A DNA stretch of 63,844 nt, filler included, from Octopus bimaculoides (taxonomy: Eukaryota): the NCBI RefSeq assembly GCF_001194135.2. It is 5 parts of 5 records of this genome, joined end to end, with 100 filler letters (N's around TTAATTAATTAA, not from the genome) between each part and the next. Parts side by side here need not be neighbours in the genome. Positions count along the whole stretch, not along the records: positions 29,515 to 56,137 come from NC_068990.1; positions 56,238 to 59,440 come from NC_069005.1; positions 59,541 to 61,780 come from NW_026369045.1; positions 61,881 to 63,844 come from NW_026327738.1; 1 more part is not named here. One strand, 5' to 3'. The translations under genes and the position numbers were made by a program. Shown here in pieces: positions 50,040-62,890 of the stretch. Under the pieces are notes generated by a model, which saw only the letters and a program-made list of their open reading frames with translations, was not told the DNA's origin and searched no databases. Each line of letters begins with the position of its first letter. The stretch's first letter is position 1.

Positions 50040-51289
50040 AGTAACTTAATTTACTGCTTCTCAAGTCTACCCGTGAAAAGTGATGTTTCAGATTTGATTT
50101 CAATTTTAGGAACAAAATCTGGATGCAGGAATAAAAAAGTCACAGATATAGAATGAAGCATGCCCAGGTACACTGTCGTGGTACAATGAACCAGTTTGCC
50201 TTATCCATATATCAAGCCTCTTCCATCGGACAACCTCTTTCGAACGCCTTAGTAATTCGAAAGAAAACTATTTATTAGTCATGACTTCATGGAACAAGCT
50301 CATGATGAACGGTATGAAAAAAACAAAACAAAAAAAAAAACAATGTTCAGTCCCAACATGAATAACTTTCAGGTACATTTTTTTTCTTATGACACTTCAT
50401 CGATGAAATAACCCGTTGTAAATTGTCTTTTCATTTTGAAGTATTTTCCGACATATAAGTCGATGTAGTATATAGAGTAAACATCCATACGTCGAAACTG
50501 TCTTTCCAGAAATTTTTGGTTTTCGGTCCACGAATAAGTTGGCTTACTTTCTTTTTGAGTGTAAATTTTGGTCTGAAAAATACGATATGTTATGATACTT
50601 TTCAGAAAGCATTCGTGAACATTCGAACGATCATACAAGTCCAGACAAACTGCATACTTTTTTCCCCCTTTTGTGCATCTATCTGTCAGCAGACATGGCA
50701 TAAATGTGGCAACACAATGCATCTTCAATGCTTCTAGAAAAATCTTGTAATGCCAACTATCACAGACGTTTATTTCTTCAGAAACTTCATGGCTAGTCTG
50801 GTGATGATTTTCATGGATCACAGCAAGCAATTTCGCATGCGATCATGTTATTGAGGAAGGTTGTCCAGAGTTGGGATGAATTTCGATGGGTGTTCTATTG
50901 ATTTGGAACGCTTGTATCAGACGTGATATTGCGTACATCTCAAGCACCTCTCATTGCCTTGTTGCAAAAATTAGAAAAGTCCTCTTTAAAGTGAAACAGT
51001 TTCACTCAAATAAGCTGTACTTCTAAATCCTTCGTTAGTTAATTTGTTACAAATAACCAATTGTACTGCACATATGTTCACTCAAACATGAGTAGATGAG
51101 TGACTAACTGAAATGACGTAATGTAGCTACTATTTGACTGAAGATCAAGGTCATCTGTACACAGCACCACAATCGGCAGAACGCCGAACCGAATGTGGTT
51201 AGTGTGCTGTTTTAAAAGATATTATATATATATATATATATATAGTGCATACTTATTAGTTTGAGTCATCTTGACGAAAACTCCTCGTA
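50040..51289 (-). mobile_element. Mariner transposon relic
   Basis: Minus strand: TIR-like start TACGAGG at 51289; PNSGQPS (~RSGRPS); FMPCLLT (~WVPxxLT); FLKSIIT; YHDSVPGH (~LHHDNAPAH); FVPKLKSNLK. Confidence 0.85.
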
Positions 51290-51513
51290 TCTTTTATATT
51301 TACATATTTACATTGCGTAGGCTCGAAACGTCATGGCGTCTATTCTTCCCGGGCGTCAAACTAATACACCTGCTTGTTATTCCTACACTTGTCTTCTGTT
51401 TTCTGTAAATTTGAACTATATATATATATATATATATATACATACACACACACATATATGTATGTATATGAACATTTAGTGCATACCTATTAGTTNNNNN
51501 NNNNNNNNNNNNN

Positions 51514-51549
<36 letters not shown>

Positions 51550-51633
51550 CACACACACACACATATATGTATGTATATGAACATTTAGTGCATACCTATT
51601 AGTTCGAGTCTCTTTGACGAAAACTCCTCGTAT

Positions 51634-51677
<44 letters not shown>

Positions 51678-52511
51678 TATGTCTGTATGCATGTACGTAT
51701 GTCGATCTTCTACACAGACTCTGTCTACCAAATCTCATTCACAAGGTACTCGAAGCTTTTGTACGCATCATTTGTCCAAAAATTGTACCAGAAACCGGAT
51801 GGGTACGGAAGGAACTTCTTGATCATATGCCCTAACAATATGCACACACACACACACACACACGCACACACATGATATGAGGTGGCAAGACTTTTGTTTG
51901 GTGTTTGTGTGTCCAATAAACAAAATAAGCTATAACTGTATATAGGTATATTATATACCTTATATATATATATATATAAACTGTTGCCTTTTGCAGCAAC
52001 ATTATTTTCCGTGCGTATGTGCAACATGAAACACAAATGTTAATGCAATAAACTCGTACCTGTCGCCCTTTGCAGTCTAGATGTTTACATCTTGTCTTCT
52101 ATAGAATCTAGGTCGCCACTTACCGCACTCTCTTTTTCTACGTTTTCTTTCTCTTAATCGACATTCCCTCCCTCTTTTCCACTCTTTCTCTCTCTTTCCC
52201 TCATTCTCTCTATGTTATTACATTTCTTTTTCTCACTTCTCTTAATTTTTTTTTTTTTTTTAATATCCGACCTTCATCGTCAGCAGTTACACATAAAGAT
52301 TTGCTGAGTTCATCTCCCACACTAGACATCCGACCCTCGAGACGCACCAGTATCACCACCTCTAACACTAGTTTTTACTACAGCCATGACGATGAAAACG
52401 ACAATCACCACTACCACCACCATCACCACCACCAAACACTATTACCAATACTTCCATTACTACCACCAGTACCACTACCACTACAACACCGCCAACGACA
52501 ATAACACAAAT

Positions 52512-52554
<43 letters not shown>

Positions 52555-53009
52555 NNNNNNNNNNNNNNNNNNNNNNNNNNNNNNNNNNNNNNNNNNNNNN
52601 NNNNNNNNNNNNNNNNNNNNNNNNNNNNNNNNNNNNNNNNNNNNNNNNNNNNNNAATGATAAATTAATTCAAAAATAATGATGGTATACTATGAAGTTCA
52701 GTTGATAACCAATCCGGGACGCTGTAGCTTTCAAAAAAGAACGTTGAGTTATAAACATCAAAATAAATACAAAATTCATACCGAAGAAAAAAACATTTAG
52801 ATATTAAAGAAAACATTTAAAATACAAGATCATGGTCAAATAGAAGTATACCTAAAAAAATAATGCTCTTAAATAATATACTCAGTAATTAACTATAGTA
52901 CACATAATTTAAATTATCCTTATATATAATATAAATAATACATAAATATATGCATATATCCATAAATATATGTACATACCTACATCTATATGTATACATA
53001 CATGCATAT

Positions 53010-53400
53010 ATGGGTACAGGACGTCAAAAAACGTCAAAGACAGTGATAAACGAAAACAGAAAATGAACTTTTTTCGAACAACGAAAAAAAAACAAACAAA
53101 AAGAGAAACGAGACATGCAACATAAAGAGTATGCCCCTTCATCAGTTGTCCCTGTTCCATCTACTCCACGTTTCGAAGGCAAGAACAATACGCGACTTCG
53201 TTGGAACAGTCCTTCCCGCAAAGCAAATTAAATAAAATTTGGAATTTTTTGCGGAGGGTGAAAGTGTTAACAAGAGCAGGACAGTGAGAACAAGAGAGTA
53301 AAAACAAACGGTGAGGGCTGTTGAGCCAAGACGATAGAAAAATAATTATGAACGCTAGGTAGACGTGCCATGAGAAAAGAGACAGAAAATACGACGGATG
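53010..53400 (-). repeat. Interspersed repeat family F
   Basis: See 49581-49870. Minus strand contains CGAAACG followed by CTGATGAAGGGG. Confidence 0.75.
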
Positions 53401-53715
53401 TATGAAAAGTGTTTAGCCTTGAAGTCTTGTACCTTCATCAGAAGTCTTGTATCATTTTTTTTCTTTTTGAGGCTCAAGACTTTTCATACACCCCTCGTAT
53501 ATGCAGAGTATGTAGATAGGGTTCTGGTACAAACTGTATCTGCTTGAATCACATCTCTAGCTAATGAATTACTAATGGGAAATTTTGTTTTTCCATATGT
53601 ATAAGGATGTAACTGCTATTGGTAAAGAAACATGCAATATGAAATAAATAGTACCAAAATCTTAAGTTTTCTGGTTTGACATATATTTATATATATGTAT
53701 TTGCATATATCTCAG

Positions 53716-53782
<67 letters not shown>

Positions 53783-53993
53783 GTACGTGTGCGCGTCCAT
53801 AAACCATACCATCATGGCCAAAAACGGATGTGAAAACGATATACATACATTCATACATACATACATACATACATACATGCATACATACATACATACATAC
53901 ACACACACATACATACATACGTACATACATACATACATACATACATAAAAACATACATACATACATATATTCATATATACTTACATACAAAAA

Positions 53994-54100
53994 TACCCTG
54001 TTGTTGCTGTTGAAATTCCAATGAAGGAATCTTGGATATAGGTTAGAAACCCATTTTTTTGCTATTGGCAAGAAATCTTGAAATAAACTGAATAATGACA
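53994..54100 (+). mobile_element. 3' UTR-only copy of the R4-like LINE
   Basis: 'cctgttgttgctgttgaaattccaatgaaggaatcttggatataggttagaaac...attggcaagaaatcttgaaat...ctgaataatgacatac' matches 20340-20445. Confidence 0.8.
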
Positions 54101-54108
54101 TACATATA

Positions 54109-54169
<61 letters not shown>

Positions 54170-54979
54170 NNNNNNNNNNNNNNNNNNNNNNNNNNNNNNN
54201 NNNNNNNNNNNNNNNNNNNNNNNNNNNNNNNNNNNNNNNNNNNNNNNNNNNNNNNNNNNNNNNNNNNNNNNNNNNNNNNNNNNNNNNNNNNNNNNNNNNN
54301 NNNNNNNNNNNNNNNNNNNNNNNNNNNNNNNNNNNNNNNNNNNNNNNNNNNNNNNNNNNNNNNNNNNNNNNNNNNNNNNNNNNNNNNNNNNNNNNNNNNN
54401 NNNNNNNNNNNNNNNNNNNNNNNNNNNNNNNNNNNNNNNNNNNNNNNNNNNNNNNNNNNNNNNNNNNNNNNNNNNNNNNNNNNNNNNNNNNNNNNNNNNN
54501 NNNNNNNNNNNNNNNNNNNNNNNNNNNNNNNNNNNNNNNNNNNNNNNNNNNNNNNNNNNNNNNNNNNNNNNNNNNNNNNNNNNNNNNNNNNNNNNNNNNN
54601 NNNNNNNNNNNNNNNNNNNNNNNNNNNNNNNNNNNNNNNNNNNNNNNNNNNNNNNNNNNNNNNNNNNNNNNNNNNNNNNNNNNNNNNNNNNNNNNNNNNN
54701 NNNNNNNNNNNNNNNNNNNNNNNNNNNNNNNNNNNNNNNNNNNNNNNNNNNNNNNNNNNNNNNNNNNNNNNNNNNNNNNNNNNNNNNNNNNNNNNNNNNN
54801 NNNNNNNNNNNNNNNNNNNNNNNNNNNNNNNNNNNNNNNNNNNNNNNNNNNNNNNNNNNNNNNNNNNNNNNNNNNNNNNNNNNNNNNNNNNNNNNNNNNN
54901 NNNNNNNNNNNNNNNNNNNNNNNNNNNNNNNNNNNNNNNNNNNNNNNNNNNNNNNNNNNNNNNNNNNNNNNNNNNNNNG

Positions 54980-56010
54980 AAGTCATGTTAGCAGGTTTAG
55001 CGAAACCACTCCAGATATTTTTCCAGAGTTTCCTTGCAAGTAGTAAACGTCCAGAAAAGTTACCTGCAGCGGCCAATCTGAGTCTTCAGTACAGGACAGG
55101 AACCCTTCCCTCCGGCCGTCTAGCTTCTTCACAAAACTCTGTACAGCCCCTCCCTTATGAAAGAATATCACAAATTCATCCTTCATCATAATGGGACGGG
55201 CCACAGTTTCCTCCGTCGGTGGCACAATTTCCACCGACGAGGTTTCAGGACATGCCGACAGTGTACTACTAACCGCCAGCCATGTCCTATTCTTCTTTTT
55301 TTTTCTCCCTTGTGCTAGGGGAGGGCAGAGTTCTTCCGCTTTATCCGGAGGATCTTCCTTCCCTCCCACAGCCTTGGAGTCCTTTGGTGGGCAAACATTG
55401 TTGCCCACCTTTTTTTCCCCTTTTTTCAAGGTCTCCGCCTCCTCGATTGCCTCCATCTCTCCCTCCAAAGGAGGAGGGGGAGCTACTTTTACTAACTGTT
55501 CCAGGACCCTACTTTGGTCCTGGGGACAGTTCTTCTTAATATGACTCGGTTCCAGGCACAGGTCACACTTGTGTCCCTGAAGTAACCTGCAACCGGCCAT
55601 TTTCAAAAAAATCTGGAAATACCAGATCTTTAGCGGCTTTTAGCCATTGCTTGGGTGGGATGATTTCCCACTCTAACGCACGTGTTCAATTTCTTCGGCA
55701 TGCTTTGAAGAAAATTTTCAGGAAACAGTGAAAAAACAAGAAAAGTCCAACCAAAGTCAAAAAACAGTTCGAAGGAAGACAAAGAAGAGCAGAAAGACAA
55801 AGAAGAGAAAAAGAAAGAAGGAAGACAGTTCAAAACACAGCAACATACAATTCCGGCCAACCGGTACTCCTGGCCAAAAGGTACACCAAAAGTACTCCAA
55901 AAGTGTACAGGGACAGAGCAGCAGGAACACAGGTTTAAAAAAATCCACCACAAATTGGTAAAAATTCAGAAAATTTTTTCACAAAAATTTCACAATTTTT
56001 ACTCTTCTCA
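54980..56010 (-). mobile_element. LINE 5' region with gag-like ORF1 (CCHC knuckle), L1/Tx1-like, runs into gap
   Basis: ORF 54983-55606 contains CDLCLEPSHIKKNC (CX2CX4HX4C) and then Lys/Glu/Pro-rich sequence. An upstream frame gives FPDFFENGRLQV, so ORF1 is frameshifted. Pyrimidine-rich 5' leader. Confidence 0.6.
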
Positions 56011-56054
56011 CAGCTAGCTAGCTAGCAAGATAGATAGATAGATAGATAGATAGA

Positions 56055-56137
56055 TACATTTATTTTATTAGCCACACAGGGCTCAACGAAGATGGGACAA
56101 ATACAATGTAGAGCTTTTCTTTTTGGGAGGGGGAAGG
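56055..56137 (-). mobile_element. LINE 3' end with poly(A) signal abutting (TCTA)n
   Basis: Minus strand reads 'ctctacattgtatttgtccc...gagccctgtgtggctaataaaataaat', similar to 38300-38350. Confidence 0.5.
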
Positions 56138-56237
56138 NNNNNNNNNNNNNNNNNNNNNNNNNNNNNNNNNNNNNNNNNNNNTTAATTAATTAANNNNNNN
56201 NNNNNNNNNNNNNNNNNNNNNNNNNNNNNNNNNNNNN

Positions 56238-56284
<47 letters not shown>

Positions 56285-56369
56285 TACATATGTATATATA
56301 TACATATATACACATATATACATATATATATTTATATATATATATATATACATATATATATACATATAT

Positions 56370-56405
<36 letters not shown>

Positions 56406-56576
56406 TGTTTTTAATCGGCATAAATTAAAGAGTGGCTCTTGAAAGAGTAGCTTCGTTATTGCCATGCCCTCGGTTCCCCAGTTGCTTTGTAGCTTCTGCC
56501 GATTAAAAGCATACTATAAATACTAATATGTGCTTGTGTGTGTGTGTGTATGTATATATACGTGTGGGGGATGATG

Positions 56577-57322
56577 TACTGGGTGTTCGGGTTAATTTGA
56601 CAGTTTGCACTAAAGGAAAAGAAAACAATATCCAATCCAAAAATAGATGTATTTTGAAAAATCCAAAACTATCATCTAGATTCTGACTGAGAGATTACAG
56701 TTTAGTCAAAGCAGTTGCCCTTAGCATCTATTATGGCCTTAAGACATCTTTGGAACTTGTCGGATGCGTTTCTGTGTCCCTGGAAAGATCTTCGACCACT
56801 TCCTTGATCTTGGCTACCAGCTCGGCTTTGATATTGCAGGCAGGAGCGGTCAGTGTCTTTCTCAGTTGCTTCCCACTCATAGTAATCCATGCGATTACAA
56901 TCGGGGAAATTAGGGATAGTAATTAGGGATAGTAAAGCCGTAGAAATTCTCCGACAACCATTTCTGACTCTTTCGGAAGATATGTCAAGGGATCCGCATC
57001 CTTTTGCCACACATATGGTCTTCCAGTAGCAACCCCCTCCGACCAAAGCTTGACCACAGTCTCCAGCAGCAGTGTTCACTGAGCATTGAGCTGTGATCAT
57101 GACGTCGGCATTTTGATACCCGGCGCAAATCATCGTGATACAGGTAACTCTTTTCCAATATTCAGAGTACTTCCAGTCATTCATGCCAGCTAACTTCTTC
57201 TCAACTATAACTTTAATCTCTATGCTCTCCAACGCTGTTGATTGTTCATCAATATATAAAACTGTTCCTGAAAAAAAGAAGACATGAAAAAAATCGCCAA
57301 ATTCAGCTCATACACCCTCTGT
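56577..57322 (-). mobile_element. Internally deleted Tc1/mariner (maT-like) DNA transposon
   Basis: Imperfect TIRs at 56577-56601 and 57290-57322. N-terminal EYWKRVTCITMICAG...CSVNT is joined to LLETVVKLWSEGVATGRPYVWQKD and PNFPDCNRMDYYEW...LKAIIDAKG. Confidence 0.8.
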
Positions 57323-57360
57323 GTGTGTGTGCGTGTGTGTATGTGTGTGTGTGTTTGTGA

Positions 57361-57477
57361 TTATTCAGTTTAATTTAAAGATTTCTTGTAAATAGAGAAA
57401 GATCCGGTTTCTAACCTAGGCCCAAGGCTACTTCAATGGAATTTCAACAACATCAACAGGAAATTTTTCTTTGTATG

Positions 57478-57508
<31 letters not shown>

Positions 57509-57764
57509 CTATGTATGTTTGTTTGTATGTTTGTATGTATGTATGTATATGTGCAGAATTGTATATTTTCATGTATATCTTCTCATGCATATACATGCTA
57601 TCTAGACAGGCTCATATATACTTAAATGATAAACGTCTGGAAAGTTTTAGATTTTTGCAGTTCCAGTGATGGATTGGATCTGTAGTCTTCGAATTAGCTT
57701 TCTCATTTCTGGTTTTAAGAAGCCTAATTTCTCAAGATTGGTATTTAGGCAGTGTGTAACATAT
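57361..57764 (-). mobile_element. 3' end of the R4/Dong-like LINE, second ORF-bearing copy
   Basis: Reverse complement reads YVTHCLNTNLEKLGFLKPEMRKLIRRLQIQ..., followed by the same UTR motif at 57361-57460. Confidence 0.8.
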
Positions 57765-57820
57765 GCCATGTATGTATGTATGTATGTATGTATGTATGTA
57801 TGTATGTATGTATGTATGTA

Positions 57821-58400
57821 TACAAGGTGTTTGGGCTGAATTTCACGATTTCTTTATCTTCCCTTTGCTCAGGAGACATAGAAAATACAATATATGGTCC
57901 ATGGAAATGTGTAGTCAATCCACTCCTCTAGTCTCAACAGTTTTCCTGACAGCACGAGGCATCCTTTCTTCCAATGCAAAAAGATGGAAGATTCAATTCA
58001 TTGAATACTAGGTTTCCCACCACTCTCATCACATTCCTTTGTTCGTCCTTACTAAGATCCACCTTGACAACCTCACTCCACCAGTTGGAGGAGGAAATAG
58101 AATTGAAAGATTTCGCCATCCTTCGCACAGAACTGTATCGTCAGAAGAAACGTAGAATTTGCCATTTTCCTACACGATTCATTCACCAAAGAAAGAAACG
58201 TTGCATTCTCCAGTAGCTTCCGTGGGTCAGTATCTGTGTATAACAAAACCAATGACAGCAATAATTGGGCTCTACAAGTAACTCCCAAGCGTCATTTCTG
58301 GGTTTCAAAGAAAGACCCAACAACATTGTCTTTTGCCCAACAGTGCGAATCTGGTAACACTGTAATGTTGGACAACTTCAACCTCCTCTGTCTTGACTGA
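57821..58400. mobile_element. Decayed DNA-transposon relic starting with a TIR similar to the maT-like element
   Basis: 'tacaaggtgtttgggctgaatttcacgattt' resembles the reverse complement of 57290-57322. The interior has only weak protein motifs (DPR, WW). Confidence 0.35.
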
Positions 58401-58552
58401 TCTACTCATACTTTGGAAACAATTATGTGCATTTCAACCCCAGGTATAACAGCAATACAGTTTTTCTTGTCCCAACTCGTACTCGTGCCAACGAAATTCA
58501 ACAAAAACACATTCGACCTAGTGTTAAGTAACCACACTAACACTATCCATAA

Positions 58553-58710
58553 TAAAGCCAGCAATTTCGGAGGAGAGAGTAAGTCGATTATATCTACTCC
58601 GGGACTCAACTAGTACTTATTTTAACGACCCTGAAACGACGTAAAGATGGATGAAATGCCGCTAAGCTTTTTACCGGCGCGTTAACGATTCTGCCAGCTC
58701 GCCGCCTTTA
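58553..58710 (-). mobile_element. SINE family A with internal deletion
   Basis: 'cgattctgccagctcgccgcctt' and 'aagtcgatta...gtacttatttt' are reverse-complement family A sequence. Confidence 0.85.
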
Positions 58711-58919
58711 CACTATCCATAATATTGCAGTGGAAAAATCTGACCACGATATGGTTCTCTCTTGCCTGAGATTCCGGTAGCCAAAACTAATTCCTGACGA
58801 TCTCTCTCCAGGAAACCCTTTTGACCTCATAGTTCTTCATAATGCTGTGATGCAATCACTCAGATCTTTCACTCGTTGATCATTTAGACAATTTCTCGCG
58901 CCAGACAACATCAATACAT

Positions 58920-59320
58920 CCTATTTGTGGACATAGTTATAAATATATGTTCAAAACACTTTTCACTGCGCTCCATGAATAATATTAAATACAAGTTACC
59001 ACGAAATACAAAATCACTTAAAAGAAAATATAAAAGGCTTAATCAAAAAATCAATCGACCAAAATGTTGCCAGCAGCAACACCCACATTTGAAAGATATA
59101 CCTTTGCTAGAATCAAAGGAATATAATTTCCAAAATCGCATCAAGATTATCATGGATAATCAAAGAACTGTATCATTATGAAAATAAAACTCATTCCCAA
59201 AGCATTCTTCTCATTTCAAAGAAACAAAACCTGTCTCATTTGTTGGACCTCTGACTGATGAAGATAACATTCTCCACGGTGATCTTAAAAGACATATTTG
59301 AGATTTTGCAGAGGCAATCT
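58920..59320 (+). mobile_element. Possible Penelope GIY-YIG/3' remnant
   Basis: Weak CGHSY...R motif in A-rich sequence, followed by CTGATGA-AGAT...ATCT-TAAA (a broken hammerhead-like core). Confidence 0.25.
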
Positions 59321-59399
59321 CGTTCTGCTTTCAGCAATCTCTATACAGTTGGGTCTGTACAGCATCCGTGAGCCAATTATATGTATGTATGTATGTATG

Positions 59400-59440
<41 letters not shown>

Positions 59441-59540
59441 NNNNNNNNNNNNNNNNNNNNNNNNNNNNNNNNNNNNNNNNNNNNTTAATTAATTAANNNN
59501 NNNNNNNNNNNNNNNNNNNNNNNNNNNNNNNNNNNNNNNN

Positions 59541-59580
<40 letters not shown>

Positions 59581-59589
59581 ACATATCTA

Positions 59590-59700
59590 AATAGCTAGAG
59601 CTATGGTAGAAGTCACTTGTCCAAGGTGCCGCACACAGTGGGACTGAACTCTGAACCATGTGACTCGGAAGCAATCCTCTTACCACACAGGTGTTCCTGC
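59590..59700 (-). mobile_element. SINE family B head
   Basis: 'cacttgtccaaggtgcc...gtgggactgaac...cttaccacac'. Confidence 0.8.
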
Positions 59701-60094
59701 ACCTATTTATTTATCGTCCCCTTTTTACCGTTTTTTTTTTCGTTTTTCTTTTGTCTCTCTTTTGCCTTCTCATCAACTGGAATTCTTGAATCCTGCTGAG
59801 TCAAATAAATTGGTTTCCTGCATTGCACCATCTCCCAGATTAAGATCTACTTTTCTTTCGGGTTCACTTTCAAATTCTTCTCACTTTCCAAGGGTCCTTC
59901 GCCTCCCCCCTACACCAACCCAGTAATAATTGACAAGGTCTTGACTTTTGTCAACTTTTTTTACTCTCTCCTTCATGTCGGAATAATCTCCTTCTTTTAT
60001 TTCCCCCGCCTCCACCATTTCCTGATTCTGCTATCAAATGGCCAGTGCCACATAGATTAAAAAACATGTTTTCTTCTCAATTCTTCCTTTGGCT

Positions 60095-60212
60095 TCTCCT
60101 TCTTCTTCTTCTTCTTCTTCTTCTTCTTCTTTTTCTTCTTCTTCTCCTTCTTCTTCTTCTTCTTCTTCTTCTTCCTCCTCCTCTTCTTCTTCTTCTTCTT
60201 CTTCTTCTTCTT

Positions 60213-60241
<29 letters not shown>
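60095..60241. repeat. (CTT)n microsatellite
   Basis: Read directly from the sequence; it explains the poly-L and poly-K ORFs. Confidence 0.95.
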
Positions 60242-60243
<2 letters not shown>

Positions 60244-60351
60244 AAGTAGGTCACCATATGTGTATGTGCTTATACATACATGCATACATATATGATACAT
60301 ATACATATATATGTGTGTGTGTGTGTGTGTGTATGCATATATATGTGTGTG

Positions 60352-60382
<31 letters not shown>

Positions 60383-60467
60383 GTACATATATTATATATA
60401 TATATTGCACACACATATGTGTGTGTTTATATATATATATACACATACATACATTCATACATATATA

Positions 60468-60616
60468 GGTACAGGTGTGGTAAGAAGCTTGCTTACCAAC
60501 CACATGGTTCTGGGTTCAGTCCCATTGCGTGGCACCTTGAGCAATATCTTCTACTGCAGCCTCTGCCCAACTAAAAGCCTTGCAAGTGGATTTGGTATAC
60601 AGTAACTGAAAGGAGT

Positions 60617-60664
<48 letters not shown>

Positions 60665-61000
60665 NNNNNNNNNNNNNNNNNNNNNNNNNNNNNNNNNNNN
60701 NNNNNNNNNNNNNNNNNNNNNNNNNNNNNNNNNNNNNNNNNNNNNNNNNNNNNNNNNNNNNNNNNNNNNNNNNNNNNNNNNNNNNNNNNNNNNNNNNNNN
60801 NNNNNNNNNNNNNNNNNNNNNNNNNNNNNNNNNNNNNNNNNATGTTTATGACCCCGTAATGTTCAGCAAGAGACTGACAGAAAAAGTAGCACCTCTTAAA
60901 AAAAAAAAAATTACTGGTTTCAATTCATTCAACTAAGTTTTCAAGGCAGTGCTCCAGCATGGCCTCAGACAAGTGACTGAAACAAGTAAAAGATAAAAGA
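60468..61000 (+). mobile_element. SINE family B spanning an N gap
   Basis: Head at 60468-60620 and tail at 60842-61000. Confidence 0.82.
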
Positions 61001-61420
61001 TATATATATATATATATTATATATGATCCAAAATGTATAGCAGTATATATCCATCACGACTGATCTTAACAATCAGTTTCATGTGAGGAATACAATGGAG
61101 TGTTAGGTAATGATCCGATGATATAACCTTGTGCTCATCAGAGTTGGCTGACATGGAAGGGAACATGGCAACTGCTCTCTATTGGTCAGCAACTGTTGTG
61201 AAAGAGGTGGTGAAATAGAAAAGGGCCAGGGGATTAGGTTAGGAGTTATATCCCTAGGTTGGGTATGCTGTGAAGCCAGCAAGAGTTATCTTGAGAGTAT
61301 AAATTCAAATATATATATGCATGCACATAATACTTTTTCTTGTTTGAGTCTTTGGACTGTGGCCATCCTGGGGCACTACTTCGAGGGTCTTAGTTGGATG
61401 AGTTGCTCCCAGTACTTATT

Positions 61421-61460
<40 letters not shown>

Positions 61461-62399
61461 CCATGTCTGTAATTTGCCTGTGTGTGTGTATATATATACT
61501 TTAAAAATGTATGTATATCAATATGTGTGTATATACATATATATATATGTGTGTGGATTTATAAGCACATATATACAAATAGTGTACATATACCTATATA
61601 TATATAGGTGTACATACATATACATATATATATATATTTGTAAATATGTTTATGCACGTGTACATACATACATATATATAAATATATATATGTATATACA
61701 TATATGTGTGCATGTGTAAATATATGTGTGTATATATATATATACGCATGCGTAGACACATACAATAGGAATACAAAATANNNNNNNNNNNNNNNNNNNN
61801 NNNNNNNNNNNNNNNNNNNNNNNNTTAATTAATTAANNNNNNNNNNNNNNNNNNNNNNNNNNNNNNNNNNNNNNNNNNNNCACATACAACTCACTTATTA
61901 TTGTCATATAATAAACAAACAGAAGTTCGTATACGAAATTGATCTTTTTTCTACTTCAATTATTACATGTTTTTCTCTTATAAANNNNNNNNNNNNNNNN
62001 NNNNNNNNNNNNNNNNNNNNNNNNNNNNNNNNNNNNNNNNNNNNNNNNNNNNNNNNNNNNNNNNNNNNNNNNNNNNNNNNNNNNNNNNNNNNNNNNNNNN
62101 NNNNNNNNNNNNNNNNNNNNNNNNNNNNNNNNNNNNNNNNNNNNNNNNNNNNNNNNNNNNNNNNNNNNNNNNNNNNNNNNNNNNNNNNNNNNNNNNNNNN
62201 NNNNNNNNNNNNNNNNNNNNNNNNNNNNNNAAAAAAACATATTTAATTTTATATTTGTTGGACTTTCAGAATAGCTGTGTAAGATAAATCAGAATTTCTT
62301 GGATTTTTTCAGCATTTTCCCACATTTTATAAGTGTCCCACATCAATTTACTCACAAGCAGAGTTTCTTTAAAATAAAACTTTTTAACCCCAAACACTC

Positions 62400-62737
62400 A
62401 TCATCATCACTGTCTTTGTTCTGTGTTTTTTTTTAGGGCGGGGGGCGGTACTTTTTGTCATGTAGTGTTGCACATTTTGAAACCCTTGTAATTTGTGCTT
62501 TTACAGAATAAAATTTGGAAAAGCTATCATGCATAAATTGGAATTTCTCGTTTTCTTGTTTTATTTTTCCAGGATCTTTAACTTGAATGAAGAGTTTGAA
62601 GTACAAAATCTTTTCTGTAAAAATGTGTATTACATGTGCTTCAAAATGTGGAATTCTATAAGATATATTGTGCAATATTACACAGAACAACCGAATGTAG
62701 CCAATTAAGTTTGTTTCTTGCTTTTATTTGCTTTATG
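62400..62737 (-). mobile_element. Possible hAT transposase C-terminal remnant
   Basis: IKQIKARNKL resembles IKT..RNRL, and there is an acidic end. Truncated by a gap. Confidence 0.35.
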
Positions 62738-62890
62738 NNNNNNNNNNNNNNNNNNNNNNNNNNNNNNNNNNNNNNNNNNNNNNNNNNNNNNNNNNNNNNN
62801 NNNNNNNNNNNNNNNNNNNNNNNNNNNNNNNNNNNNNNNNNNNNNNNNNNNNNNNNNNNNNNNNNNNNNNNNNNNNNNNNNNNNNNNNNN

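Noticed and set aside
51228-51640. Repeated mariner TIR and TA-rich blocks
   Set aside because: The copies flank a gap and microsatellites, so probably mis-assembly. The CGAAACG at ~51325 has no upstream CUGANGA and is not a hammerhead.
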